From: an uncultured Ruminococcus sp.
GTDB lineage: Bacteria > Bacillota > Clostridia > Oscillospirales > Ruminococcaceae
DNA: 64,000 nt
Reading direction: 5' to 3'
Assembly: GCA_902786965.1 (NCBI GenBank)
Contig: CADAEJ010000006.1
Location: 25,805 to 89,804 of the forward strand
Positions 48,077-58,995 of this stretch are shown in pieces (position 1 is the stretch's first letter; each line of letters begins with the position of its first letter). Position numbers and translations under genes: made by a program. Below the pieces are notes generated by a model, which saw only the letters and a list, made by a program, of their open reading frames with translations, was not told where the DNA came from and made no database searches.

Positions 48077-49567
48077 ATGTATTACAAAAGCACAAGAGAT
48101 TCGTCGGTGAACGTGACATCTGCACAGGCTATCGCGCAGGGCATCTCCGTTGACGGAGGACTGTTTGTCCCAAGCGAGATACCCTCGATTTCTATGGAGG
48201 ATATCAAAAAGCTCGGCGGTATGGACTACCGCGAGAGAGCAAAGTTTGTTTTCTCCAAGTTCCTCACCGACTACACCGAGGCAGAGATCGCATACTGCGT
48301 TGACGGCGCATATAACACCAAGAGCTTTGACAGCGATAATATCGCCGAGATAGCACATCTTTTCGACGGCACCTATATGCTTGAGCTGTGGCACGGCCCT
48401 ACCTGCGCTTTCAAGGATATGGCACTTCAGATACTGCCGTATCTGCTCACAACTGCGACCAAAAAGATAAACCTCGATAAAAAGGTCGTTATCCTCGTTG
48501 CAACATCAGGCGATACAGGCAAGGCTGCACTTGAGGGCTTCAAGGACGTAGAGGGTACCTCTATCCTCGTGTTCTATCCCGATAACGGCGTTTCCGCTAT
48601 GCAGAAAAAGCAGATGACAACACAGGAGGGCAGCAACGTCGGCGTATGCGCTATCAAGGGCAACTTTGACGATGCCCAGAACGGCGTAAAGGCTATCTTC
48701 ACAAATGACGAGATAAAGAATAAGCTTGCAGAAAACGGCTTTATGTTCTCCTCTGCAAACTCTATCAACTGGGGCAGACTTTCACCGCAGATCGTTTACT
48801 ATGTATCTGCATATGCACAGCTGCTTGCAGATGGCCAGATCGACGAGGGCGAGAAGATAAATATCGTTGTCCCAACAGGCAACTTCGGCAATATCCTTGC
48901 AGGCTACTACGCAAAGCATATGGGCATTCCCGTAAACAAGCTCATCTGCGCATCAAATGCAAATAACGTGCTTACAGATTTCCTTACAACAGGTGTCTAT
49001 GACAGAAACAGACAGTTCCACGCAACTATCTCTCCGTCAATGGATATCCTTATCTCCTCTAACCTTGAAAGACTTCTCTATCTTCTCTGCGGCGAGAATG
49101 ACGCACAGATAAGAGAATGGTTCGGCGCACTTGCAAAGACAGGCAGGTACGAGGTCAGCGAAGACGTTAAGAAAGCCCTGTTTGATGAGTTCTACGCAGG
49201 CTGCTGTGATGATGAGCAGACAAAGGCAACTATCAAGGAGTATTACGATAAATTCTCCTATACCTGCGATACACATACAGCCGTTGCAGTAAAGGTCTAT
49301 GAGGACTACGTTAAGGCAACAGGCGATAAGACAAAGACTATCATCGCATCTACCGCAAGCCCGTATAAGTTCTCGGGCAGCGTTCTTTCAGCTATCGGCA
49401 AGGATACCGATAAGGACGAGTTCGATCTCGTTGACGAGCTGGCAGAATGCTCAAAGCTGCCTGTTCCGCAGTCACTTGCCGCACTCAAGAGCAAGAGCGT
49501 GCGCTTTGATAAGGTCATCGACAAGACCGAGATGAAAGACTTCGTATTTGAAACACTCGGCATCTGA
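48077..49567 (+). CDS. thrC: threonine synthase (long form)
   Basis: MYYKSTR N-terminus and PLP-lysine motif HGPTCAFKDMAL. Confidence 0.9.
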   Translation: MYYKSTRDSSVNVTSAQAIAQGISVDGGLFVPSEIPSISMEDIKKLGGMDYRERAKFVFSKFLTDYTEAEIAYCVDGAYNTKSFDSDNIAEIAHLFDGTYMLELWHGPTCAFKDMALQILPYLLTTATKKINLDKKVVILVATSGDTGKAALEGFKDVEGTSILVFYPDNGVSAMQKKQMTTQEGSNVGVCAIKGNFDDAQNGVKAIFTNDEIKNKLAENGFMFSSANSINWGRLSPQIVYYVSAYAQLLADGQIDEGEKINIVVPTGNFGNILAGYYAKHMGIPVNKLICASNANNVLTDFLTTGVYDRNRQFHATISPSMDILISSNLERLLYLLCGENDAQIREWFGALAKTGRYEVSEDVKKALFDEFYAGCCDDEQTKATIKEYYDKFSYTCDTHTAVAVKVYEDYVKATGDKTKTIIASTASPYKFSGSVLSAIGKDTDKDEFDLVDELAECSKLPVPQSLAALKSKSVRFDKVIDKTEMKDFVFETLGI

Positions 49568-49577
49568 TAGCTTATGT

Positions 49578-49600
49578 ACCGCCTGACTCGTTCAGGCGGT
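49578..49600. terminator. hairpin between convergent thrC and the DUF1540 gene
   Basis: ACCGCCTGA-CTCGT-TCAGGCGGT perfect 9-bp stem. There is no clear U-tract on either side. Confidence 0.45.
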
Positions 49601-49615
49601 CACTTTGACAAATGG

Positions 49616-49780
49616 TCAGTCTCTTGCCTTGAAGGTCTTGCACTGGGTCTCGTCACAGCAGTCAGGCTCGCTGCAGGTGCAGCAAACATCTATCCTGCCT
49701 GCAACGCACTCGTGAGAGTTCCTGTTGTAAACGCAGCTGCTGACATCACAGTTGATGCCCTGAATCTTTTCCTTATCCAT
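49616..49780 (-). CDS. DUF1540-like Cys-rich small protein (54 aa)
   Basis: MDKEKIQGINCDVSSCVYNRNSHECVAGRIDVCC...; AAGGAG RBS 8 nt upstream of ATG 49780. The longer 108-aa ORF was rejected. Confidence 0.7.
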   Translation of the reverse strand: MDKEKIQGINCDVSSCVYNRNSHECVAGRIDVCCTCSEPDCCDETQCKTFKARD

Positions 49781-49862
49781 TGAGATCACTCCTTTTTGCA
49801 GTTGTCCTGCATGATCTATTATGTGCAGCTTTCTGCCGATTATCAGAGCCGAGGTGAAATTA

Positions 49863-50573
49863 TTGAGCGTTTTTGCAATAGCTGACCTGCATCTGTCGCT
49901 TGGTGTCGATAAGCCGATGGATATTTTCGGCGGCTGGGACAACTATGTAAACAGGCTCCGCGATAACTGGCAAAACAAGGTCAGAGCAGATGATATAGTC
50001 ATAGTCCCCGGGGATATCTCCTGGGCATTGAAGATAGAGGACTCGCTTAAAGATTTTGAGTTCATCGAAAAACTTAACGGCACAAAGGTATTTTTGAAAG
50101 GCAATCACGACCTTTGGTGGAGTACGCGCAGCAAGGTCGAGAAATTCTGGGCTGACAACGGCTTCAAAACTCTCCGCCTTGTGCAGAATGACCATTATCA
50201 GATCGGCAGCAGCGCAGTATGCGGCACTCGCGGCTGGATAAATGACGACAGCGAGCCCGCCGATGCCAAGGTGATAGCAAGAGAGGCTATCCGCCTTGAA
50301 CTTTCGATAAGATCGGCACTTGATAAAGACCTTGAACCGATAGTGTTCCTGCATTATCCGCCTGTTTATGCCAATAACTGTAACCTTGATATCCTTGAGG
50401 TGCTGCATAAGTACGAAATAAAAAACTGCTTTTACGGGCATCTTCACGGAAATACCCACGCATTCGCCATAAACGGCACTCGCGACGGCATAACATATCA
50501 GCTCGTATCCGCTGATTTTTTGCATTTTGACCCAATGGATATTACTAAAATTGTGCAAAGTGACAAAACGTAA
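49863..50573 (+). CDS. calcineurin-like metallophosphoesterase
   Basis: Motifs ADLHL, GDISW, GNHD, LHYPP, GHLHG. Start uncertain in 49821-49863; TTG 49863 has GAGG 8 nt upstream. Confidence 0.75.
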   Translation: MSVFAIADLHLSLGVDKPMDIFGGWDNYVNRLRDNWQNKVRADDIVIVPGDISWALKIEDSLKDFEFIEKLNGTKVFLKGNHDLWWSTRSKVEKFWADNGFKTLRLVQNDHYQIGSSAVCGTRGWINDDSEPADAKVIAREAIRLELSIRSALDKDLEPIVFLHYPPVYANNCNLDILEVLHKYEIKNCFYGHLHGNTHAFAINGTRDGITYQLVSADFLHFDPMDITKIVQSDKT

Positions 50574-50643
50574 AAAAACGCTGGAAAAAGCAGCGGTTAT
50601 ATGATATAATGAATAAGATATATTTATATTGGAGGAATTTAAA

Positions 50644-51930
50644 ATGAGTTTAAAAGCTACAAACAACGTTGAGACCAATAAGTACGAGCTGGAGATAGAG
50701 ATATCTGCCGAAAAGTTCGAGGAGGGTATCCAGAAGGCTTACCAGAGAGATAAGAACAAGATCCAGATCGCAGGCTTCCGTAAGGGCAAGGCTCCGAGAA
50801 AGCTCATCGAGAGAGAGTACGGCGAAGAGGTATTTTTTGAGACAGCCGTAAATATCCTCTATCCGCAGGAGGTCGACGACGCTGTTAAGGAGTCCGGACT
50901 TGAGATAGTTGCAAGACCTGACGTTGAGATCACAGATATCTCAAAGGCTGACGGCGTGAAGATCAAGGCAACAGTTATCACAAAGCCTGAGGTTGAAATT
51001 AGTGACTATAAGGGTATAGAAGTTGAAAAAGAGGTCAAGACTGTAACTGACGATGACGTTGACAAGCAGGCTGACGCTCTCAGAGAAAAGAATGCAAGAG
51101 TCATCACAGTTGACGACAGAGCAGCTGAAATGGGCGATGACGTTGTTATCGACTTTGAAGGCTTCAAGGACGGCGTAGCTTTTGACGGCGGCAAGGCAGA
51201 GGATTTTACTCTCGGTCTTGGCAGCGGTCAGTTTATCCCGGGCTTTGAGGAGCAGGTCGCTGGTCATAACATCGGTGAGGAGTTCGATATCAATGTATCC
51301 TTCCCCGAGGACTACCAGGTAGAAGACCTCAAGGGCGCACCTGTTGTATTCAAGATCAAGCTCAAGGGCATCACAAAGAAGGAGATCCCGGAGCTTGACG
51401 ATGAAATGGTAAAGGACGCAACTGAGTTTGAAACAGTTGACGAGTACAAGGCTGATGTGAGAAAGAAGCTTGAGGAGCATGCACAGCATCACGCAGAGCA
51501 CGATGTTGAGGACGCACTTATGGATAAGGTCGTTGAGAAGATGACCGCAGAGATCCCACAGGTAATGTTCGATAACAGAGTCAACGAGATGATGATGGAT
51601 CTCGAGCAGAGACTTGCACCACAGGGCATCACAATGGAAATGTACTGCAAGTTCACAGGTCAGGATATCGAAACTGTTAAGAAGGCATATAAAGAGCAGG
51701 CTGAAAAGCAGGTAAAGCTGCGTCTTGCTCTTGAAAAGATAGCTCAGCTTGAAAACATCGAGGTAACTGATGACGAGGCAACTGAGGAGATGCAGAAGAT
51801 CGCCGATCAGTACAAGATGAAGCTCGACGAGGTCAAGAAGTATATCAGCGCAGAGGATGTCAAGAAGGATATCGCTGTAGGCAAGGCAGTTGAGCTTGTT
51901 AAGGATAACGCAGTTATCAAGGAAAAGTAA
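50644..51930 (+). CDS. tig: trigger factor
   Basis: GFRKGKAP ribosome-binding motif and an FKBP middle domain. Start at ATG 50644 after GGAGG. Confidence 0.92.
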   Translation: MSLKATNNVETNKYELEIEISAEKFEEGIQKAYQRDKNKIQIAGFRKGKAPRKLIEREYGEEVFFETAVNILYPQEVDDAVKESGLEIVARPDVEITDISKADGVKIKATVITKPEVEISDYKGIEVEKEVKTVTDDDVDKQADALREKNARVITVDDRAAEMGDDVVIDFEGFKDGVAFDGGKAEDFTLGLGSGQFIPGFEEQVAGHNIGEEFDINVSFPEDYQVEDLKGAPVVFKIKLKGITKKEIPELDDEMVKDATEFETVDEYKADVRKKLEEHAQHHAEHDVEDALMDKVVEKMTAEIPQVMFDNRVNEMMMDLEQRLAPQGITMEMYCKFTGQDIETVKKAYKEQAEKQVKLRLALEKIAQLENIEVTDDEATEEMQKIADQYKMKLDEVKKYISAEDVKKDIAVGKAVELVKDNAVIKEK

Positions 51931-52022
51931 TATTTGTTTTCAATAGAGCTGCTGATAAAACGGCAGCTCTAACATACTTATCACAGACCTGTAAAAAGCA
52001 GGCGAAACAAGGAGGCATTTTT

Positions 52023-52613
52023 ATGGCATTGATACCTTATGTAGTGGAGCAGACAAGCCGCGGAGAAAGAAGCTATGATATCTTTTCAAGACTTCTCAAC
52101 GACCGTATAATCATGCTCTGCGATCAGGTGGATGACGCAGTAGCAAGTGTTGTCGTAGCACAGCTTTTGTATCTTGAGGGACAGGATCCCGAAAAGGATA
52201 TCGACCTGTATATCAACAGCCCCGGCGGCTCTATCACCGCAGGTATGGCGATATACGATACTATGCAGTATATCAAGTGCGATGTTTCGACCATTTGCGT
52301 AGGTATGGCAGCATCTATGGGAGCGTTCCTGCTTTCAAGCGGCGCAAAGGGCAAGAGATTTGCTCTGCCTAACAGCGAGATCCTTATCCACCAGCCTCTT
52401 ATCGCAGGCGGCGGACTTTCAGGACAGTGTACCGATATCAAGATCCACTCTGACCATATGGTCGCTACCAGAGAAAAGCTCAACAGAATACTTGCCGAAA
52501 ACACAGGCAAGCCTATCGAGCAGATAAATATCGACACAGAGCGCGATAACTATATGACCGCGCAGCAGGCAATGGAGTACGGACTTATCGACAAGGTCAT
52601 CACCAAGAGATAA
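52023..52613 (+). CDS. clpP: ATP-dependent Clp protease proteolytic subunit
   Basis: [11 protein letters not shown] (Ser), IHQP (His), YDIFSRLL N-terminus. Confidence 0.95.
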   Translation: MALIPYVVEQTSRGERSYDIFSRLLNDRIIMLCDQVDDAVASVVVAQLLYLEGQDPEKDIDLYINSPGGSITAGMAIYDTMQYIKCDVSTICVGMAASMGAFLLSSGAKGKRFALPNSEILIHQPLIAGGGLSGQCTDIKIHSDHMVATREKLNRILAENTGKPIEQINIDTERDNYMTAQQAMEYGLIDKVITKR

Positions 52614-52645
52614 GTTGATTTGATGCCGGAAAGGTATGGATTGAT

Positions 52646-53908
52646 ATGGCTAACAATGACCAGAAAAAGTGTTGCTTTTGCGGAAAGCCTGAAAGCAGGG
52701 TAACAAGTATGTTCTCTGCCGGCAATACACATATTTGTGATGAATGTGTGCTGTATTGCTATGACCTGCTCGCAGAGCAGAACGGCTTGCCCTCAGCAAA
52801 AAGCAGAACTAAAAAAGGCTCTTCCGAGCGCTTTGGAATGATAGACCTCAAAAAGCCATCGCAGATAAAGGCAGTGCTCGACCAGTACGTTATCGGACAG
52901 GACGACGCGAAGATAGCGCTTTCCGTGGCTGTTTACAACCACTATAAGCGTATAATGTCGCTCACCGACGATGACGATGTCGAGATACAAAAGAGCAATG
53001 TCCTGCTGCTCGGACCTACGGGTACAGGTAAAACTCTGCTCGCACAGACACTTGCAAGACTGCTGAATGTACCGTTTGCGATCGCAGACGCTACCACGCT
53101 CACCGAGGCAGGCTATGTCGGCGACGATGTCGAGAATGTCCTCACAAGGCTTATCCAGGCAGCCGACTATAATGTTGAGGCAGCACAGCAGGGTATCATC
53201 TATATAGACGAAATTGATAAGATAGCAAGGAAGTCCGAGAATACCTCTATCACCCGTGACGTAAGCGGTGAGGGCGTTCAGCAGGCACTTCTGAAGATCG
53301 TCGAAGGCACAGTTTCCAATGTTCCACCCCAGGGCGGAAGAAAGCATCCGCATCAGGAGTTCATTCAGGTCGATACCAAGAATATCCTGTTTATCTGCGG
53401 CGGCGCATTTGACGGACTTGAAAAGATTATCCAGAAGAGGACAGATTCATCATCACTCGGATTTGGCAGCGCGATAAAGAAAAAAGACGATGAAAAGGAC
53501 ATAATGAAAAAAGTCCTTCCGCACGACCTTGTAAAGTACGGCATCGTCCCCGAGCTTGTCGGCAGACTGCCTGTTATAACAGTTCTTGACGAGCTTGACG
53601 AGCAGGCGCTTTGCAGGATACTCACCGAGCCGAAGAATTCGCTGATAAAGCAGTATACCAAGCTGTTCAAGCTTGATAATATCGACTTTGAGGTGACCGA
53701 TGACGCTATGCGCGAGATCGCTAAAAAGACTATTGCACAGAAAACAGGTGCAAGAGGTCTGCGCGCAATAGTTGAAAGGATACTCACCAAGATAATGTTT
53801 GATGCGCCAAGTGACGAAAGCATCGTATCTATCAAGATAAATGCCGACTGCGTTACCGATGACGCACCGCCCGAGATCAAGAGAAAACCCCTTGATATCG
53901 CACAGTAA
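52646..53908 (+). CDS. clpX: ATP-dependent Clp protease ATP-binding subunit ClpX
   Basis: Zinc finger CCFCGK...CDEC and Walker [16 protein letters not shown]. Confidence 0.95.
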   Translation: MANNDQKKCCFCGKPESRVTSMFSAGNTHICDECVLYCYDLLAEQNGLPSAKSRTKKGSSERFGMIDLKKPSQIKAVLDQYVIGQDDAKIALSVAVYNHYKRIMSLTDDDDVEIQKSNVLLLGPTGTGKTLLAQTLARLLNVPFAIADATTLTEAGYVGDDVENVLTRLIQAADYNVEAAQQGIIYIDEIDKIARKSENTSITRDVSGEGVQQALLKIVEGTVSNVPPQGGRKHPHQEFIQVDTKNILFICGGAFDGLEKIIQKRTDSSSLGFGSAIKKKDDEKDIMKKVLPHDLVKYGIVPELVGRLPVITVLDELDEQALCRILTEPKNSLIKQYTKLFKLDNIDFEVTDDAMREIAKKTIAQKTGARGLRAIVERILTKIMFDAPSDESIVSIKINADCVTDDAPPEIKRKPLDIAQ

Positions 53909-53914
53909 AATAAT

Positions 53915-53957
53915 AACGGACTATTGCTCCAATGCGGTTCAATAGTCCGTTTTTTTG
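53915..53957. terminator. terminator between convergent clpX and the wzx-like gene
   Basis: AACGGACTATTG / CAATAGTCCGTT perfect 12-bp stem followed by TTTTTT. Confidence 0.8.
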
Positions 53958-53963
53958 TACTTA

Positions 53964-55415
53964 TTATTTGTGCAGAACTTTTTTCACAGCCTTTATAATG
54001 TAGGAAATCCCCCATTTTACGCTGTCAAAGTACAGTACAACAAGAAGTGCTACGCACGCAATGTATCCAACGATCGTAAGTATGCCGAACTTGAAGAATG
54101 TGTTGTAGAAACTGTACAGTACGACCGCAAACGTCAGCGTGTAGAATCTGCCGAGCTTGAAATCAACGTAGAAATATCTGTTAGACAGCACCGTTCGCAG
54201 AGTGAAGAACACAATGTACGAAATTCCCGTCGAAATAGCCGCACCCCTGCCGCCAAGCCGCGGAACAAGTATCATGTTGCCGATAATGTTCGTTGCACAC
54301 GCACCTGCCGAGACAACTATCTGCATCATGCTCTTTTTCTTGAAAACAAGTCCGCTTACAGTCGTTTCAGATATGGTGTACATTATCGGGTTAAAGCAAA
54401 GAAAGGGGAGTATCGTTGCAGCCTCGCGGTACTTTGATCCGAGTATATAAACGAACAGATCCTTGAAAAGTATCAGCGACAAGCCTATAAAGAACATAAC
54501 TATCGTTATAAGCTGGTTGCCCTGCTGGTAGAACGAGCGGTCTTCCTTGTCCTTGGTGTAATGCTCTACCGACATCGGCTGCCACAGCGTGTTGAAAGTT
54601 GTCTGAATGATAGCGAATACGTTTATAAGCGTTATCGCAGATGTGTAAACGCCTATCTCGTGGTCAGTCCTGTAAATATCCAGCGATATCTTATCTATCG
54701 CAGCAAACAGCGTTGCAAGACCCATAGACAGTATGTACGGATAACCAAAGCGCATAAGCTCTTTGCGCGGAGTCTCACAGGCGCTTTTGTCAGTTTGCGG
54801 CCGCCACAGCCGTCTGTTCGCGGCGATGCTCGTAAACAGGCATACGAACGATGCGATAGTTGTTGATATAACAAGCGCCAGAACGTGATTATGCTTGAAA
54901 AGGAAAATAAGCGGGAATACAGCTGCAAGATACATCAGCTTGTGGATAATGTTCAGCAGCGAGTACAGCTTGCTTTTGTATTCAAGCCTTACAAGCAGCA
55001 GACTGAAACGGTAAATAAGCTGAAACAGCGTGAATACACAAAGTATCCCCATAATTAGCGGATTGAATTTGAACTTTACCAGTCCGCTTATCGAAAGTGC
55101 CATAACTATGCCGCTCACCGCAAGGCACAAAAGTATCGGTATCACCACGCACTTTGAAAGCAGCGAGCGCTTGTAATCGTCCGAGTCCTTTTCGTAGTAG
55201 TACCTTACAAGTGCCTGGTCAAGACCGATGCAAAGCACCATTACCGCAAGGCTTGAGTACATATTGAAAATGCCGTATTTACCATTGTCAGACGGGTCAA
55301 CAAGGCGCGTGATTATAGGCTCTGTCAGCAGACCGAGCAGCATATTTATCACCGTACCGCCGCCGATAATGGTAAAGTGCTTTAAAAAGCTTTGTTTCTG
55401 TTGTTTTTGTTCCAT
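53964..55415 (-). CDS. Wzx-like oligosaccharide flippase (MOP/polysaccharide biosynthesis protein family)
   Basis: 483 aa with about 12-14 TM segments. N-terminus FLKHFTIIGGGTVINMLLGLLTEPIITRL is typical of PST-family flippases. Confidence 0.7.
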   Translation of the reverse strand: MEQKQQKQSFLKHFTIIGGGTVINMLLGLLTEPIITRLVDPSDNGKYGIFNMYSSLAVMVLCIGLDQALVRYYYEKDSDDYKRSLLSKCVVIPILLCLAVSGIVMALSISGLVKFKFNPLIMGILCVFTLFQLIYRFSLLLVRLEYKSKLYSLLNIIHKLMYLAAVFPLIFLFKHNHVLALVISTTIASFVCLFTSIAANRRLWRPQTDKSACETPRKELMRFGYPYILSMGLATLFAAIDKISLDIYRTDHEIGVYTSAITLINVFAIIQTTFNTLWQPMSVEHYTKDKEDRSFYQQGNQLITIVMFFIGLSLILFKDLFVYILGSKYREAATILPFLCFNPIMYTISETTVSGLVFKKKSMMQIVVSAGACATNIIGNMILVPRLGGRGAAISTGISYIVFFTLRTVLSNRYFYVDFKLGRFYTLTFAVVLYSFYNTFFKFGILTIVGYIACVALLVVLYFDSVKWGISYIIKAVKKVLHK

Positions 55416-55561
55416 TTTTTATCTTCTTTCATAATTTAACATACAAAACTATAATACTACATAAACGCCGTAAAGTCAACGCTTTTGAGCTTTTTTGGGA
55501 TATTGCACAACTTATCACGAAAATCATCGGTCTGACTGCGTAAAATACGCATCAATTAACG

Positions 55562-55595
55562 CAAAAAAACAGCGCCCTGCAAAAGAGCGCTGCCT
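55562..55595 (-). terminator. intrinsic terminator after pepF
   Basis: On the minus strand, a CAGCGC...GCGCTG stem followed by TTTTTTT. Confidence 0.7.
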
Positions 55596-55600
55596 TTGTA

Positions 55601-57400
55601 TCAGAACAAACTGTCCATTTCTTTTATCATATTGCCGAATTCTGCAAGTGCATCGTTGATAGGCTTTGCAGTCGCCATATCCACGCCCGCACCGCGCAGA
55701 AGCGATATCGGGTCTTTTGAGCTTCCGCCCGAGAGGAAACCGATGTAGTCCTTGACCGCGCTCTCGCCCTCTTTGAGTATCCTCGTTGAAAGTGCGATAG
55801 CCGCTGCTATTCCCGTTGCGTACTGGTAAACGTAGTAGTCGTAGTAGAAATGCGGTATCCTTGCCCATTCAAGACTTATCTGCTCGTCAAGCACGATGCC
55901 GTCACCAAAATACAGCTTGTTAAGGTCGCGGTAAATGCCGCAAAGTGTTTCTGCCGTAAGGCTCTCGCCCTGCGCAACAAGCTCGTTTATCTTCAGCTCA
56001 AACTCCGCAAACATCGTCTGCCTGTAAAGCGTCGTGCGTATCATCTCAAGGAAGTAATTGATAAGATAAGCCTTTTCCTTTTTGTCCTTTGCATTTTTCA
56101 GCAGATACCTTATCAGCAGAGATTCGTTGCAGGTAGATGCTACCTCCGCCACAAAGATAGAGTAGTCGCTGTAGCATATCGGCTGATTCTTATTTGAAAG
56201 ATACGAGTGTACCGCGTGACCCATCTCGTGAATGAGCGTAAACATACAGTTGAGCGTATCCTTGTGGTTCAAAAGCACATATGGGTGAACGCGCGCACCT
56301 GCCGAGTACGCACCGCTTGTTTTGCCCACGTTTTCATAAACGTCTATCCAGCGGTTTTCAAAGCCCTCTTTGATTATCTTCAGATAGTCCTCGCCCATAG
56401 GCGCAAGCGCTTTAAGAACAGTTTCCTTTGCCTGTTCAAAGCTTATCTTCATATCAAAGTCGCTCACAACAGGAGTGTACAGATCGTAAAAATGCAGCTG
56501 TTCCACACCGAGCAGTTTTTTGCGCAGAGCCACATAATCGTACATATAGTGCATATTGTCGTGTACAGCGCTGATAAGATTATGATAGACCTGCACAGGT
56601 ATCTCGTTGTCTGCAAGGGCAGATTCAAGGCTTGATCCGTATCTCCTCGCCTTTGCGTAGAAATCCACAGCCTTTATCTGCGCACCGAGCGTAGCCGCAC
56701 AGGTGTTTTTGAAATTGTCATATCCCGCATACATCGACTCAAATGCCGATTTCCTCAAAACCCTGTCGCTTGACTGCACCAGCGGGATATAAGTCGAATG
56801 TGTTACCTGATGTGCCTTTCCGTCCTTGTCCACAGCATCGGCGAATTTGAGATCAGCATCGTTGAACATCGAGAAAATGTTTTCGGGGGAGTCGCCCATT
56901 TCAGATGTCAGCGCGATTATCTTTTCCTCCGCATCAGAAAGAACGTGATCCTTCTTTATCCTTATAAGCTCGATCTTGCGTCTGTAAAGCTCAAGTTCGG
57001 GCTTGCTTTCAAACATCTTGTCAAGCACGGTCTGCTCAATTGCATTTATCTCGGGCGTTTCGTAGCTTCCCGCCGAGTTTATCTGCATAAACACGTTCAT
57101 TACCTGACCTATCATATTCTGATACTTTGCAACGGTCGTGTCCTCATCGCTTTTTCTCTGCGCATAGTTTACAAGGCTGTCGCCCAGAACAGATATCTCG
57201 TCGCTTATCTGCATATACTCATACAGCGTATCAGCGCTCTGCGAGAGCTTGCTCTTGAACTGTTCAAGCGTTTGTGCAAAGCCTTTGAGCTTTTCAAGGT
57301 CTTTAGCCCAAAGCTCGTCGTTGGCGTAAATGTCATTTATCGCCCACTTGAACCTCTCCTCGACCTCACTTCTTTTTGGTGTGCGTTTTTCTTCACTCAT
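55601..57400 (-). CDS. pepF: oligoendopeptidase F (M3B)
   Basis: Zinc motif LIHEMGHAVH. About 599 aa. Start moved to ATG 57400 (GGAG RBS). Confidence 0.88.
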   Translation of the reverse strand: MSEEKRTPKRSEVEERFKWAINDIYANDELWAKDLEKLKGFAQTLEQFKSKLSQSADTLYEYMQISDEISVLGDSLVNYAQRKSDEDTTVAKYQNMIGQVMNVFMQINSAGSYETPEINAIEQTVLDKMFESKPELELYRRKIELIRIKKDHVLSDAEEKIIALTSEMGDSPENIFSMFNDADLKFADAVDKDGKAHQVTHSTYIPLVQSSDRVLRKSAFESMYAGYDNFKNTCAATLGAQIKAVDFYAKARRYGSSLESALADNEIPVQVYHNLISAVHDNMHYMYDYVALRKKLLGVEQLHFYDLYTPVVSDFDMKISFEQAKETVLKALAPMGEDYLKIIKEGFENRWIDVYENVGKTSGAYSAGARVHPYVLLNHKDTLNCMFTLIHEMGHAVHSYLSNKNQPICYSDYSIFVAEVASTCNESLLIRYLLKNAKDKKEKAYLINYFLEMIRTTLYRQTMFAEFELKINELVAQGESLTAETLCGIYRDLNKLYFGDGIVLDEQISLEWARIPHFYYDYYVYQYATGIAAAIALSTRILKEGESAVKDYIGFLSGGSSKDPISLLRGAGVDMATAKPINDALAEFGNMIKEMDSLF

Positions 57401-57465
57401 ATATAAATATCTCCTGTCTGATAAGTTTTCCAATACGATTATACCACATATCCTTTGTCAAAGCA

Positions 57466-57498
57466 AGCAAAAAGAGGTCAGTTTGCACCGACCTCTTT
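57466..57498 (-). terminator. intrinsic terminator after the M23 peptidase gene
   Basis: AAGAGGTC / GACCTCTT stem with a T-run on the minus strand. Confidence 0.7.
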
Positions 57499-57503
57499 GA
57501 TAT

Positions 57504-58922
57504 TTACAGGTTAAGGAAAAGTCTTGGATTTACCGCAACGTTGTTGAGCCTTACCTCAAAGTGCAGATGGTCGCCCGTTGACCAGCCTGTTGAGCCGACC
57601 TGACCGATAACATCACCGACGTCAACGTGCTGTCCAACGAAACAGCTTACGTTGGTCTGATGACCGTACAAAGTCCACAAGCCGTTGCCGTGGTCAATGA
57701 TGCAGTATCTTCCGTATCCGCCGCCGCATCCGCATGAACCGTTTTTGCCGTAGTTGTGAGGGCAGTAATTCTCAACGCGGATCACCGTACCGGAAGCCGC
57801 AGCACAAATATTTGCGCCGTGTATGCCATACGAGCAAATGTCCATACCGTTGTGGTTAGTGCCCCATCTCGGACCAAACTCCGAAGTGATACCGTAGTAT
57901 CCCGGCACAGGCCAAGCGAGTTTACCGTTGCTTGGTGTCGGTGTCGGAGTAGGAGTAGGTGTCGGCGTAGGATTCCATTGCCATTGCTGCTGTTGCTGTT
58001 GGCGCTGACGTTCAGCTTCCTGTCTTGCGCGCTCTTCAGCCTCTTTTCTCAAACGCTCCTGCTCTTCTTTTTGTTTGATAGCCTCGCGCTCTTTGTACAG
58101 CTTGGCAAGCTCGTCCTCAAAGCTTGTCTGATCCTTCTGGACTTTAGCCTTGTTTTCCTCGTAGTATTTTTTCTGTTCTTCAAGCTTCTTGACCTGTTCC
58201 TTGCTCTTGTTCATCAGATCCTGAAGCTTTGCCCTTTGAGTTTCGTGACTCTTCTGCTGATCCTCGAGCTTGCTCTTGTTCTGCTCAAGAGTAGCCTTTT
58301 TGCCTTCAAGCTCTTTCTTATCCTCTTCAAACTGCGTTTTAAGGGAGATAAGCTTGTCTATCATCTCATTGTCGTGGTTAGCGACTCTCTTGACAAGCTC
58401 CATCTTCATCAGCATATCGTAAAAGTCCGTAGAACCTGCGATCATGCTCGAATAAGAATCGTCACCGACTATGTACAGTGCACGCAGTCTCTTCTTGAAC
58501 TCCTCCGTGCCCGTGTCGATCTCCTCACGCTTTTTGATTATCTCGATCTCGCTTTTCTCGATATCGGTAGTCAGATCCTGTATCTGACCGTTCAATTCCT
58601 TTATAGAAGTTTCAAGCGCAATGATAGTTTTCTGAACAGTTTCTATCTGCTTATTGATAGCCTTTTGAGTTTCTTCCTCTTTTTTGATGTCGCCCTGCGC
58701 CTGCTGTATCTGCGAATCAAGCTGTTTCTGCTGATCCATAAGCTCTTGTATCTGCTTCTGAGCCTCAGATATCTCGTTTTCGTTCTGCTGAGCTTCCTCG
58801 CTTACCGCCGAGGCAGACTGAACGTTCTCACCGCTTTTTCCGCTGTAGACCATAAGTGAAAGGCACATAACGACCGAAACAGCGCACGCCAGACATCTTT
58901 TGACTAAAGATAACTTTTTCAC
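57504..58922 (-). CDS. coiled-coil M23 (LytM-type) peptidoglycan metalloendopeptidase, candidate FtsEX partner
   Basis: Signal anchor, a ~280-aa heptad-rich region, poly-Q and (TP)n linkers, and an M23 domain with HNGMD and GDHLHFEV. GTG start at 58922 after GGAGG. Confidence 0.8.
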   Translation of the reverse strand: MKKLSLVKRCLACAVSVVMCLSLMVYSGKSGENVQSASAVSEEAQQNENEISEAQKQIQELMDQQKQLDSQIQQAQGDIKKEEETQKAINKQIETVQKTIIALETSIKELNGQIQDLTTDIEKSEIEIIKKREEIDTGTEEFKKRLRALYIVGDDSYSSMIAGSTDFYDMLMKMELVKRVANHDNEMIDKLISLKTQFEEDKKELEGKKATLEQNKSKLEDQQKSHETQRAKLQDLMNKSKEQVKKLEEQKKYYEENKAKVQKDQTSFEDELAKLYKEREAIKQKEEQERLRKEAEERARQEAERQRQQQQQQWQWNPTPTPTPTPTPTPSNGKLAWPVPGYYGITSEFGPRWGTNHNGMDICSYGIHGANICAAASGTVIRVENYCPHNYGKNGSCGCGGGYGRYCIIDHGNGLWTLYGHQTNVSCFVGQHVDVGDVIGQVGSTGWSTGDHLHFEVRLNNVAVNPRLFLNL

Positions 58923-58995
58923 TTTTTCCTCCGAAATCACACAAAACAGAGGCAGGTCAGGCAAAAGCCCAATCTGCCGCCTGAAATAATTGAGT

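Noticed and set aside
49574-49942. 69-aa plus-strand ORF and the extended 108-aa version of the minus-strand ORF
   Set aside because: Only the 54-aa DUF1540-like reading has an AAGGAG RBS and the characteristic Cys pattern. The N-terminal extension and the opposite-strand ORF have neither.
57756-58859. 367-aa Leu-rich plus-strand ORF
   Set aside because: It is antisense to the coiled-coil region of the M23 peptidase. E/K/Q-rich sense codons give an open L/F-rich antisense frame, so it is spurious.
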